Positions 54,207 to 64,000 of a DNA stretch of 64,000 bases are shown here, piece by piece (positions within the stretch are counted from its first letter, which is position 1; the number at the start of each line of letters is the position of its first letter). The position numbers were made by a program, and so were the translations under genes. Below the pieces are notes generated by a model. It was not told where the DNA came from, did no database searches, and saw nothing but the letters and a program-made list of their open reading frames with translations. Where the stretch lies: assembly GCA_965237525.1 (NCBI GenBank), contig CBDEFO010000008.1:192001-256000 (forward strand), written 5' to 3'. Source of the stretch: Candidatus Latescibacterota bacterium (GTDB lineage: Bacteria > Latescibacterota > CBDEFO01).

Positions 54207-55457
54207 ATGAAGATCACAGACATTGAAGTTCACACTATATGTCCGCCCTTTTGTGAGTGGAACAGCGAAGCCCTGACGCGCTATCAGGGCCCTGACTTCC
54301 GGTGCCGTACTATCTATATATTGCACACCGACAACGGTCTGGAGGGTTTAGGGGAGCAGTCCGGCAAACCCTGGCCGCAGTCTGAAGAGTATATTGACCA
54401 GCTCCGGGGAAGTGATCCTTTTGACTGGTTGCATCACCCGACATTGAATATCGGTCTGGCTCCAGCCATCTACGACTTGATCGGCAAGCACAACGGCGTC
54501 CCGGCATACAAACTCTTTGGGCCTAAGGTGCGCTCGTGGGTGCCTATGGGCTTTTGGACAGTCTCGCAGACTCCCTCCAAGATGGCAGAGGAGGTGGAGC
54601 ACGCCGCCAGAGGGGGCTACACCTGGCTCAAGTACCACACCAGCCACTTCCATAATGCAATTGAGCAGACGAAGGCTATGCAGGAGGTCGCTCCGCCGGG
54701 CTTCAAGATCCACTACGATTTAAACTTTGATAACACGGTGGACCACGTCTTACAGCTTGCTTATGAACTTGCAAAGTATCCCATCGCTGGAGCAATCGAG
54801 GACCCTCTTCGCACCCACCACTCTGAGGGATACCGCCTCTTGAGAGAGAAAAGCCTCCTGCCGATCTACTTTCATCAAGTGCCAATAGGCGTCCGAGAAG
54901 CGATATTGGGATTGGTCGACGGCTTTATGTTAGGACACTCTCCTATCGGATCAGTCATCAGCAGGGCAGGTCTTTTTGAGGCTGCCAATGTCCCCTTTAT
55001 GACACAGAACATAGGGGGTAACATTATGCGCGCAACCGTCGCTCACATGGGCGCGGCCTTCCCGATGGCGACGCTCCACCATGTCAACCTCTGCCACCTC
55101 TGGTCGGAGGACGTAGTGACACCAACTTTTAAGGTCTCCGGCGGGGCAGTTCAAGTCCCTGAATCTCCGGGACTCGGTGTGACATTGGATCGGGAGGCGT
55201 TGGAACGTTGGGAGGCGGCAGAGCCAGATCCTTTGCCAAGAGCGCTGATCCGCATCCAGTACGCCTCCTTCCCCACGATCTACGCAAGGCTCCCTGTCAC
55301 AGATATGAGAGATCATTTAGGGACAGGTCCCAGCCACCTTCCCGGATATGGTCCTGGCTACAATAGACCAGTCGATTTGGACTACTGGGACGATGACGGT
55401 TCTCCGGAATTTGCCGATTTTTGGGAACGCACTGCCTCTGGACCCGTAACTGAATAA
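54207..55457 (+). CDS. Mandelate racemase/muconate lactonizing enzyme family protein, copy 1
   Basis: MKITDIE, YDLIGK..GVPAYKLFG, IEDP, PESPGLGV. Confidence 0.9.
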   Translation: MKITDIEVHTICPPFCEWNSEALTRYQGPDFRCRTIYILHTDNGLEGLGEQSGKPWPQSEEYIDQLRGSDPFDWLHHPTLNIGLAPAIYDLIGKHNGVPAYKLFGPKVRSWVPMGFWTVSQTPSKMAEEVEHAARGGYTWLKYHTSHFHNAIEQTKAMQEVAPPGFKIHYDLNFDNTVDHVLQLAYELAKYPIAGAIEDPLRTHHSEGYRLLREKSLLPIYFHQVPIGVREAILGLVDGFMLGHSPIGSVISRAGLFEAANVPFMTQNIGGNIMRATVAHMGAAFPMATLHHVNLCHLWSEDVVTPTFKVSGGAVQVPESPGLGVTLDREALERWEAAEPDPLPRALIRIQYASFPTIYARLPVTDMRDHLGTGPSHLPGYGPGYNRPVDLDYWDDDGSPEFADFWERTASGPVTE

Positions 55458-55824
55458 ATTAAGTAGACAGCAAACAGCATACAGTAGGCAAGGAGAAGAG
55501 GATGCCCTGCTACTACTATATTACTATGAAGTGATTGAAACTTTTTAAGTTTTTCATAAGTATATGTAATACAACAACTTACATTGTTTAAAAGAGGGAT
55601 TGCTAAAAATCATCTTCAAGAATGGTTATACAGTTGAGGCTCGATTGGAAGCCTGCTAAGCCTGAAAAAATAGCGTTCCAGATGCTTTCTTTAAGAGCAT
55701 TTACAAGCTTGACTTACCGAAATAAAAACTTGCGAAAGTTACTTTAAGTTCACAATTTACAAATTGTTAAATTAATTTCAAAAAGTTTCAACGAGTTCTA
55801 TATAAGTAAGCAGTGCGTTATTCC

Positions 55825-57078
55825 ATGAAGATCACCGACATTGAAGTTCATACGATCTGTCCACCCTTTTGTGAGTGGAACAGCGAAGCCCTGACGCGCT
55901 ATCAGGGCCCTGACTTCCGGTGCCGTACTATCTATATATTGCACACCGACAACGGTCTGGAGGGTTTAGGGGAGCAGTCCGGCAAACCCTGGCCGCAGTC
56001 TGAAGAGTATATTGACCAGCTCCGGGGAAGTGATCCTTTTGACTGGTTGCATCACCCGACATTGAATATCGGTCTGGCTCCAGCCATCTACGACTTGATC
56101 GGCAAGCACAACGGCGTCCCGGCATACAAACTCTTTGGGCCTAAGGTGCGCTCGTGGGTGCCTATGGGCTTTTGGACAGTCTCGCAGACTCCCTCCAAGA
56201 TGGCAGAGGAGGTGGAGCACGCCGCCAGAGAGGGCTACACCTGGCTCAAGTACCACACCAGCCACTTCCACAATGTAATCGAGCAGACAAAGGCTATGCA
56301 GGAGGTCGCTCCGCCGGGCTTCAAGATCCACTACGATCTAAACTTTGATAACACGGTGGACCACGTCTTGCAGCTTGCTTATGAACTTGCAAAGTATCCC
56401 ATCGCTGGAGCAATCGAGGACCCTCTTCGCACCCACCACTCTGAGGGATACCGCCTCTTAAGGGAGAAGAGCCCCCTGCCGATCTACTTTCATCAAGTGC
56501 CAATAGGCGTCCGGGAAGCGATATTGGGATTGGTCGACGGCTATATGGTAGGACACTCTCCTATCGGCCCGGTCATAAGTCAGGCAGGTCTCTTTGAGGC
56601 TGCCAATGTCCCCTTTATGACACAGAACACAGGGGGTAACATTATGCGCGCAATATCCACTCACATAGGCGCGGCCTTCCCTATGGCGACGCTCCACCAT
56701 GCCAACCTCTGCCACCTCTGGTCGGAGGACGTAGTGACACCAACTTTTAAGGTCTCCGGCGGGGCAGTTCAAGTCCCTGAATCTCCGGGACTCGGTGTGA
56801 CATTGGACCGGGAGGCGTTGGAACGTTGGGAGGCGGCAGAGCCAGATCCTTTGCCAAGAGCGCTGATCCGCATCCAGTACGCCTCCTTCCCCACGATCTA
56901 CGCAAGGCTCCCTGTCATAGGTATGACAGATCATTTAGGGACAGGTCCCAGCTACCTTCCCGGATATGGTCCTAGCTACAATAGACCAGTCGATATGGAC
57001 TACTGGGACGATGACGGTTCTCCGGAATTTGCCGAACTTTGGGAGCGTACCGCCTCCAGACCCGCAGAAGCTAAGTAG
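55825..57078 (+). CDS. Mandelate racemase/muconate lactonizing enzyme family protein, copy 2
   Basis: Highly similar tandem paralog. Confidence 0.9.
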   Translation: MKITDIEVHTICPPFCEWNSEALTRYQGPDFRCRTIYILHTDNGLEGLGEQSGKPWPQSEEYIDQLRGSDPFDWLHHPTLNIGLAPAIYDLIGKHNGVPAYKLFGPKVRSWVPMGFWTVSQTPSKMAEEVEHAAREGYTWLKYHTSHFHNVIEQTKAMQEVAPPGFKIHYDLNFDNTVDHVLQLAYELAKYPIAGAIEDPLRTHHSEGYRLLREKSPLPIYFHQVPIGVREAILGLVDGYMVGHSPIGPVISQAGLFEAANVPFMTQNTGGNIMRAISTHIGAAFPMATLHHANLCHLWSEDVVTPTFKVSGGAVQVPESPGLGVTLDREALERWEAAEPDPLPRALIRIQYASFPTIYARLPVIGMTDHLGTGPSYLPGYGPSYNRPVDMDYWDDDGSPEFAELWERTASRPAEAK

Positions 57079-57162
57079 ACAGGAACTCCCCTTTTTCCCT
57101 ACCCACTTGAATAGTGGATAACATATAGGGATTGTGAGGATCAAACATAAATCAATGGTTAA

Positions 57163-57378
57163 ATGATTCGCGAGTTAGATACGGTCGTTCTCACACATGA
57201 CCTTGAAGAGCATAGCCTGAAACAAGGTGATGTGGGGACCGTAGTGCAATGTTACAGTGATGGTGAGGGATTTGAGGTCGAGTTTGTGACTGCTGAAGGG
57301 AAAACGATTGGCTTATTGACGCTCAAACCGGATGATATTCGGCCAATGAAAAGTGGTGAGATGTTGCATGTGTGGTAA
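57163..57378 (+). CDS. DUF4926 family protein
   Basis: ELDTVVL..DL...GDVGTVV...FEVEF. Confidence 0.85.
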   Translation: MIRELDTVVLTHDLEEHSLKQGDVGTVVQCYSDGEGFEVEFVTAEGKTIGLLTLKPDDIRPMKSGEMLHVW

Positions 57379-57509
57379 TTCGCTCCGATATAGGATCATC
57401 TCAGCAGGTGCAAGACACTACAATAATATTACATCGTATAACACCTTCTACTCAGGTAGACAGCAAAGAGGGACAGGAGGCGGTGCCCTGTCTACTGCCT
57501 ACTATCTTA

Positions 57510-59381
57510 TCACGTTACTTCAACCACACAGTCGAAGATCTCACCTACATGCTCGTCGTCGAAGACGACGTCCGCTGTAAGGGCGTATGCCCGTTTCTTT
57601 GCACCGCTTGGAACGCGAATTCTGAACCTGGTCTTTAGGCTGTCCTTAGGAGGGATTGAGGCATCTACAGTCTGAGGATCAGCTTCCCACCCTTGAGGAA
57701 TCATAAGCCTGTAATATACCGGGACTTCTCTCTCCTTGTGATTGGTAACGCACACATCCAACTTGAAGGCGCGTCCTGCCCTGGAACGCTTCCTGTAAGG
57801 ATAGAAGCTTACCCAGTAGGGGTCTATGAAGTATTCGTATTCTTTATAAGGAGACAATTGCGTTAGGGCTCGTCTGAAGTTATAGCTCCACTTGAGGAAC
57901 AGTTCCAACTGTTCCTTAGGATTAGGTATCTCTTGGGCGTGTCCTCCCAGGATCAGGTCGGGCTGGAGCTTACTCAAGATCTGAGCGCACTTTATATAGC
58001 CCTTTTCAAGTATCCCTCCGTTCCTCGCAACAAAGGCATCGTGACCGGACCTGTCGGGGCTGTAAAATATGTTGTCTCCTGAAAAGACAATGGTCTTTCT
58101 GTCAATCTTTCCTGCTATTCCGGCTGAAAACTCCGTCTGTCCCGGAAGGTGGAAAACTTTCAGCCGGAAGTCCTCCCATACTATCTCTTCTCCATCGTTG
58201 AGGACACGATGCACTTGGATCCTGTTGAAGGGGAGGTCATAGCTATTTACAAGACCGGTAAGATTGAACCGCTCGGGAGATTCCAGCATCTCTTTGAAGT
58301 TATGGTAGCACCAGACTTGTGCGCCGTATTTTTTGACCAGGTGAGGTATCTGCAGAAGGTGGTCTCCGTGATACTGGGTCGGTATAACAGCGACGATCTT
58401 TTTCAATCCTAAGAAATGCTTCATATCCTCAATCTTGTCGTCCAGCCACCTTATCGTCTCCTTGTAATCCATCCCCATAACGCCGCAATCTATAAAGAGG
58501 GCGCGGCCAGAATCCGAGAGGAGGATGTAGAGATTGCATCCGATGCCATAACCCCTCCCTTTGAAGATGTGCTCTGTGACCCTTCGTATGCCCGGTATCT
58601 CTGTCGGTTGACTTATCCTATCGAGTTCACCTGGATTTCTCTCCAGGTCCCAATCTCGCAAAAGGAGGCGGTTTACAAATCGCTCGAGATGCTTTATCAA
58701 GGTGGAAAGCTCCCGTTCAGGCGAGGTTATGATCCTCCCGTGAGAGGGGCACAAAATATCAGGAGCGTCGCTCTGGAGTGTCCTTAAAGAAGAAAGGAGA
58801 GTCTTGAATCCTTCTGCGTATCCGTAGTCCCATTCTGAATCGTAGTAGTTGTGTAACTTGGACGGCGAGACTATCAGGTCCCCGCAGAAGACGATGTTTC
58901 TGCCTCCTATTTTCGTGTAGAAAGACATTGCCCCGTGCGAGTTTCCAGGTCTTTTATATGCGCCCAGATGATACTTCCCCCACTTGAAGCTGTCTCCATC
59001 CACAAAGGAGCGATCCACCTTAACCCCTTGCCTTAAAGGCCTGACAAAGGGCGCCCCGTGAACCGACAGTTCCTCAGGATTTTCCCAATGTGTTAAAGGA
59101 TTGCTAAAGAGTGTCCTTTCGTAGGATGGAACCCCTATTTTGGTTTTGAGGGGCCTCAACAGATGATCTCCCTGACACTGTTCTCTGTGATGATGCGTAT
59201 GCAGCACCCAGTCAATCTTCTTTATACCTATCTCTGGAAGGCGCTTTAGAACATCTCCTGACCCGAAGTCGATAGCTATAGCCTTATCCTTTTCTCTGAG
59301 AAGATAGACGTTGCAGGTATCTTTAAATAGATACAGATCGGGGAGTATCTCTTGAAACTTTTTTCTGGACGTATAAGACAT
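57510..59381 (-). CDS. Tandem MBL-fold metallo-hydrolase
   Basis: THHHREQ and TQYHGDH motifs, PSHG, GGH. Confidence 0.85.
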   Translation of the reverse strand: MSYTSRKKFQEILPDLYLFKDTCNVYLLREKDKAIAIDFGSGDVLKRLPEIGIKKIDWVLHTHHHREQCQGDHLLRPLKTKIGVPSYERTLFSNPLTHWENPEELSVHGAPFVRPLRQGVKVDRSFVDGDSFKWGKYHLGAYKRPGNSHGAMSFYTKIGGRNIVFCGDLIVSPSKLHNYYDSEWDYGYAEGFKTLLSSLRTLQSDAPDILCPSHGRIITSPERELSTLIKHLERFVNRLLLRDWDLERNPGELDRISQPTEIPGIRRVTEHIFKGRGYGIGCNLYILLSDSGRALFIDCGVMGMDYKETIRWLDDKIEDMKHFLGLKKIVAVIPTQYHGDHLLQIPHLVKKYGAQVWCYHNFKEMLESPERFNLTGLVNSYDLPFNRIQVHRVLNDGEEIVWEDFRLKVFHLPGQTEFSAGIAGKIDRKTIVFSGDNIFYSPDRSGHDAFVARNGGILEKGYIKCAQILSKLQPDLILGGHAQEIPNPKEQLELFLKWSYNFRRALTQLSPYKEYEYFIDPYWVSFYPYRKRSRAGRAFKLDVCVTNHKEREVPVYYRLMIPQGWEADPQTVDASIPPKDSLKTRFRIRVPSGAKKRAYALTADVVFDDEHVGEIFDCVVEVT

Positions 59382-59618
59382 TTATCGTATCCGGCGCACT
59401 TCACGTGCTCTCTTACGGTGATCGTATCTGTTTCTGACTAACAAACTTTGGGGGTGCTCCCTGACATAGGGCGCAAGGCGCCCAAAGTTGTCATCTGTAT
59501 CACATTTCGAGGATTCCGAGGATCGTTTCTTTAGCTTTAGTTGCCTCGGGGTTGAGCTTTCGTCCGCATGTAAATCCAGGGCGCTACCAGAGCACACGCC
59601 ATATAGCTGAATCCGTCT

Positions 59619-60629
59619 TCATTCCTTCCAGCAGCTTGTATCCGTCTCTATCGAATTGCGGAGCTTCTCCGCCAGTGCCTCCAAATTGGAGCGTGACTCA
59701 GGCTTGGGAATATCTCGATATACGTTGAAATAGCCATCGTCTGGACATCTGGGAAAGATGTGAAAGTGAACGTGGAAGATCTCTTGTCCTGCAACTTCAC
59801 CATTGGATTGCCAGATGTTGAGCCCTGATGGCTTTAATGTTGACCTTACCGCCTGTGCAACTTTTACCACGGCCCGCGACACGTGCGAGGCAAGTTCGTC
59901 GTCCAAGTCATAAATCATCTCTACATGACGTCTCGGTATTACAAGTACATGACCAGGATTACCTTGCCGTAGACCCATAAACGCCAGGGTATATTTGTCT
60001 CCATAGACGCAACTCGCTTCCTCTTTCTGAGAAATTATTTGGCAGAAGATGCAGCTGTCCCTAATCGACCTCGCCCTGTCTATAAGCTGTCTCAACTCAA
60101 GATCAGTAGCTTCAGCCAGAGTCAGAAGTGTGGAGTAGGGATTCCCAGACAGGCAGAAGCGTTCAGCAAACGCAGGTTCTGTCTTTATACCTTTTGTTTT
60201 CAAGAGACGGATCGCTGACTTCGCCGGTTCTCCATCCAGCTTCAGCAGTCGCGCTTCTGCTACCAAGTGTCGATATGCATTCTGCTCTTTAACAGGACGT
60301 GACTGTCCGCAAATCTCCAGCGAAACGGCTGAATGAGAGAAATTACAGATTGTGACTGGTAGCCGATTAACTTCTACCCTGCGGATCGAGAAATCATAAT
60401 ATTGAGAGAATACCTCTTGAATTACCTCTTCAAAATTTCTGCGGCTGTCAACCTGGCAAATAATGTCGAGGTCACTATCGGGAGTATCTACATCGAGCGG
60501 AATTGTCCCAACCAGAACAGGATCGAAACCCGCAAGTCTCTGAAAGATATCAAGCCTGGTGAGAATCTCATAGGCTTGCCTCTGACGATGAGTTCCACTC
60601 TTTAAGTATGAGATATCATCCCACTGCAT
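59619..60629 (-). CDS. DUF4269-like nucleotidyltransferase domain fused to a HIT hydrolase
   Basis: LVGTIPLDVDTPDSDLDIIC, GIKTEPAFA; CIFC, GHVLVIP, HVHFHIFPR. Confidence 0.85.
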   Translation of the reverse strand: MQWDDISYLKSGTHRQRQAYEILTRLDIFQRLAGFDPVLVGTIPLDVDTPDSDLDIICQVDSRRNFEEVIQEVFSQYYDFSIRRVEVNRLPVTICNFSHSAVSLEICGQSRPVKEQNAYRHLVAEARLLKLDGEPAKSAIRLLKTKGIKTEPAFAERFCLSGNPYSTLLTLAEATDLELRQLIDRARSIRDSCIFCQIISQKEEASCVYGDKYTLAFMGLRQGNPGHVLVIPRRHVEMIYDLDDELASHVSRAVVKVAQAVRSTLKPSGLNIWQSNGEVAGQEIFHVHFHIFPRCPDDGYFNVYRDIPKPESRSNLEALAEKLRNSIETDTSCWKE

Positions 60630-60832
60630 AAGTGATCTCGTTAAACCATTGGTATGGCAAGGTTCAGCATGCTGTTTGCTACAAATGCTCGTCAAGGATG
60701 GTTAGGTGACAATTTCGGATAAGTTTGCCACAGGTGTATCACTCCACTATCGCTCAAATTTATCTTTCCGAAGTCAAGGTAATTTGTTATTTTGGTATAT
60801 CATCCACCCATAAAAGAAAGGAGTCGGAACTT

Positions 60833-61132
60833 ATGAAACTCGACAGGACTCTAAAGGTGCTCCTTGTTTTAATGTTGGCATCCTCGCTTGCGGACATGTT
60901 CAGCTCATCTGGGTTCTACGGCAGCGTCTTCGCCCAATCTGAGGAAGAGACAGGAGAAAAAGAAGAGGTCCAGTACCTGTCCATCAACGCCTGGAGAGAG
61001 GGCGAAGCCTCCTCAGCTATATCCATAGTCTGCAGCAGTGACGGCAGATACGTATTCGTCACAGACGGCGGATACATTTACCGCTCGGACGAGTACGGCA
61101 AGATAGGGAGCTGGGAGAAGGTGCTCAGGTGA
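60833..61132 (+). CDS. Small secreted hypothetical protein
   Basis: RBS AGGAG, signal peptide, single BNR-like blade IYRSDEYG. Confidence 0.65.
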   Translation: MKLDRTLKVLLVLMLASSLADMFSSSGFYGSVFAQSEEETGEKEEVQYLSINAWREGEASSAISIVCSSDGRYVFVTDGGYIYRSDEYGKIGSWEKVLR

Positions 61133-61139
61133 TCGATAT

Positions 61140-62012
61140 TTAAGCTAGTCCGATCAACAATATCGCTGAGAATATGACGACAGATCCCAGAAGCCTTATC
61201 CTCCCATAGCCCTCTTTGAGGAATATCCACCCGAAGAGGACGCTGAAGACGATGCTTACACTCCTGACCGATCCCACATAGCTGGCCTTGTCCAGAGAAA
61301 GCGCCCATAAGACCAGAAAGTAGGTCAAGAGCACCGCCGCTCCAGAGGTTATGATCTGGGCTTTGCTTCTTTTCCATTCACAAGATACAGAGCGCAACTT
61401 CCCGGAGGTAAGTCCATACACCGTAATACCCACAGAATTGAGGAGGAATATCAAGAAGCAGTATTTTAGATAATCTGATTCCATCACACCTACCTTGTCT
61501 ATGACGCTGTAGCAGGCGATGATAAATCCCACAAATATCGCCAGTTTCGATTCTACCTGCCCCAGCGACCTTATCGGACCCCAGAAGTTCGATATGTGGA
61601 ACGACTCCATAGACATGACATAGACTCCGGCTGACACCAGGAATATGCCCGAAATCCCTACGAGCGATGCTTTCTCATTTAACAGGGCAAAAGAAAGCAC
61701 CAAAATAAAGACCGGAGCCGATCCTCTCGAAAGCGGATAAACTACCGAAAGATCCCCTCTCTCATATACTTTTACCATCCCCAAAATGTAGCAGACCTGT
61801 ACAGCTGCGCTGATGGCGGCTACGTAGAACGCCTTCGGTGGAAAGTCAGTCCAATCTACATACAAAATGATAATCGGAGTAAGAAACAGAGCCGCAAGAA
61901 GATGCATCCACCAGATAAATACAAGTTTGTCCACGCTCTTTTTCAAAAGCAAATTCCATATAGCATGAAAGATGCCGGAAGTCAAAACCATAAGAAGAGG
62001 CAGAGGCTTCAT
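61140..62012 (-). CDS. EamA/DMT family transporter
   Basis: HAIWN, GDLSVVYPLSRG, YSVIDK, multiple TM segments. Confidence 0.9.
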   Translation of the reverse strand: MKPLPLLMVLTSGIFHAIWNLLLKKSVDKLVFIWWMHLLAALFLTPIIILYVDWTDFPPKAFYVAAISAAVQVCYILGMVKVYERGDLSVVYPLSRGSAPVFILVLSFALLNEKASLVGISGIFLVSAGVYVMSMESFHISNFWGPIRSLGQVESKLAIFVGFIIACYSVIDKVGVMESDYLKYCFLIFLLNSVGITVYGLTSGKLRSVSCEWKRSKAQIITSGAAVLLTYFLVLWALSLDKASYVGSVRSVSIVFSVLFGWIFLKEGYGRIRLLGSVVIFSAILLIGLA

Positions 62013-62405
62013 ACGTCCTCAACAGAGTTCAATCTATCACCTCATATTATATGTAAAAAGCGCGTAAGTATTTAATCTAAGTGAACTTGTAATCAAAAGA
62101 TATTACAGATTGGAGATCTAAAAGCCACATCGTATCTGTTAGCACAATATATTCGGTTGAGCGCTCAAAATCAAGGGAAAAGATAGTGTAAGACTATCTT
62201 TTTTCCTTTCAAAATTGAAGATTTTCCTTGCGATGTCCAAAAAACAGTGGTAAATTTGGAAATCTACAAGGCAAGCTTCGTCCTCATATAACGCAGATTT
62301 GATATATCCACAGATTGTAGGAGCGCACCCTTTTCCCCAAGAAAGCTTCGAAGAACTTTAGGGGGGCCTGAGTGTGCTCTTTTAACAGAAAGAAGGGGAT
62401 ACACG

Positions 62406-62845
62406 GTGTTAGAATACTACGATACCCTGATCAAGCTCGTGATAGCCTTGATTCTAGGAGGAATTATCGGCTGGGAGCGGGAGACACACGGGCAGATAGC
62501 AGGATTCAGGACACACATAGTCCTCTGCTTGGGAGCCACCTTGATTATGCTCGTCTCAATACACATAAGGAGTCTCTTTAGCACCGATATTCAGGCCGAT
62601 CCAAGGCGGATAGCAGCTCAGGTGGTAAGCGGTATCGGCTTTCTGGGCGCGGCCGCTATTCTCCGATTCGGTTTTTCCGTAAGAGGAGTCACCACAGCTA
62701 CGTCCCTTTGGTCGGTCTCCGGAGTTGGACTTGCCGTCGGATCGGGATTCTACGGTGGAGCCGTTATCGCCACAACTCTTATAGTACTCTCCCTTTCCCT
62801 GTTCGACAGATTAGAAAAGGCTCTCTTTATCAAGAAATACATTAG
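62406..62845 (+). pseudogene. MgtC/SapB family protein, 3' end interrupted by IS1182 copy 4
   Basis: IGWERE, AGFRTH, AAQVVSGIGFLGA; reads into the IS end. Confidence 0.85.
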
Positions 62846-64000
62846 AAGCCTTGTGAAATAGTTATGTCCCAGGCAGCGTCTGAAGCGCCGATTATGGGTC
62901 AAAGAGTAGCATATCGTATCGTTTTGCTGTGGAATAAGCAAAATAGTCTTATCAGAGTTCTGGTCAGCAAGGAACAGGAGCTGTTTGAAGAACAGGGTGC
63001 ACTGTCTTTGACAGACAGGGCACACATAGACGCTTTCCCCCTTCTTATGAAAGATACAAGCCTCTTGAGATTCTGTACTGTTGCAACAAGATTCAACTGT
63101 TCATTCAGTGAGGCTGGTCCTCTGTAACGGGCTCGTCCCATACCGTGTTGTTGCCTGGCTTCAGCAAAGATATGTTCACTGCGTTTACGGAGTCTCTGGG
63201 AGAGTTTGTAGTCAGCTGTTAATGAGATAGACCGTGCATGATTTCTGGCTTTCGCCTCTCGCACTTTTCTATCCCGTTCGGCCTGAATATGTGCTGGATT
63301 TGTCTTGTTTTTCCATGTAGGAATCGGTTCAATCTTCTCATCGGCTCGCAGAGGAATATGGGGTATGATTCCCCGGTCAAGTACATCAGCGATAAAATTA
63401 CCAGAACCGTAACCGGTATCGGCACTAAGTGTCTGAATGTCTTTGGGCATGGTGTATGTTTCAAGGTCATCTACCATCTTAAGGGCACTTTCGGGCTCTG
63501 CTGTCCCTGTCGCCTGCGTGCCCTGAGTCTCAAGGATTACTCTGCTTTTTGTGTCGATCAGATCATGGCCCATAAACGAGAGAAAAGCCCCTTTGCCCTT
63601 CGATTTGCTGTATAAGCGCGCGTCGGGGTCTGTAGTCGAACGGTGTGTTTGGTTCGTCCACTTTTCACCATGAAAGTCTTTATCCTGAGGATGCCCGGAC
63701 CTACCCTTTGTCTTATCACCTTCAAAACCGATTCCCTTGAGATAATCATCAAGAGAAACAGGGGGTTCTATCGGCTCAATACTTTTCACTGAAGCATCAG
63801 CTTGTATCTGAGTGCCGTCGACACTAAGGTGTTTACCGCTCACAAGACCGACATCTATGCAACACTGGACTACCTGACGCATTATCCGTTCAAACAACCC
63901 ACTGGATGCCCACTTGTGATTGCGAAGCTTGTTGATCGTGCTCCTATCCGGAACCGCATCATCAAATGTCTGATGACAAAACAACCGATATGCCGCATGC
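62846..64000 (-). mobile_element. IS1182-family element copy 4 (runs off the window)
   Basis: IR after TTAG; transposase 62899..>64000. Confidence 0.92.

Noticed and set aside
54207..57078. Diversity-generating retroelement template/variable pair
   Set aside because: Differences are not adenine-specific, both copies are whole genes, and no reverse transcriptase is present.

Overview
Chromosomal window, probably from a non-Bacteroidota FCB-group bacterium (Latescibacterota/KSB1-like; inferred from FlgD-Ig/T9SS-like QNxPNPFNP C-termini, cohesin/dockerin proteins and a PorV-like barrel). Layout: 2.3-19.2 kb is a tandem array of large secreted modular proteins; 21.8-32 kb is housekeeping (DUF4416, hemL, ComEA-like, PTS IIA, mlaDFE, MocA-like, M20 peptidase); 32.6-42.8 kb is an operon of a PorV-like barrel/transglutaminase/TPR gene plus two propeller proteins, all three disrupted; the rest holds tupCBA, sugar-acid catabolic genes, a duplicated enolase-superfamily gene and other metabolic genes. 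There are four copies of an IS1182-family element (1519 bp where complete), two copies of a 1302-bp rve-type IS, REP/MITE repeats and many pseudogenes. Most striking observation: a 21-bp palindrome (CCCCGAT-N7-ATCGGGG) present 8 times, three of them as in-frame peptide insertions inside proteins next to GATC. Also notable: the barrel-transglutaminase/cargo operon, cohesin plus dockerin in single polypeptides, an MlaF-Ig fusion and a nucleotidyltransferase-HIT fusion. No rRNA, tRNA, CRISPR array or reverse transcriptase was seen. Family calls come from motif recognition by eye, not database searches.
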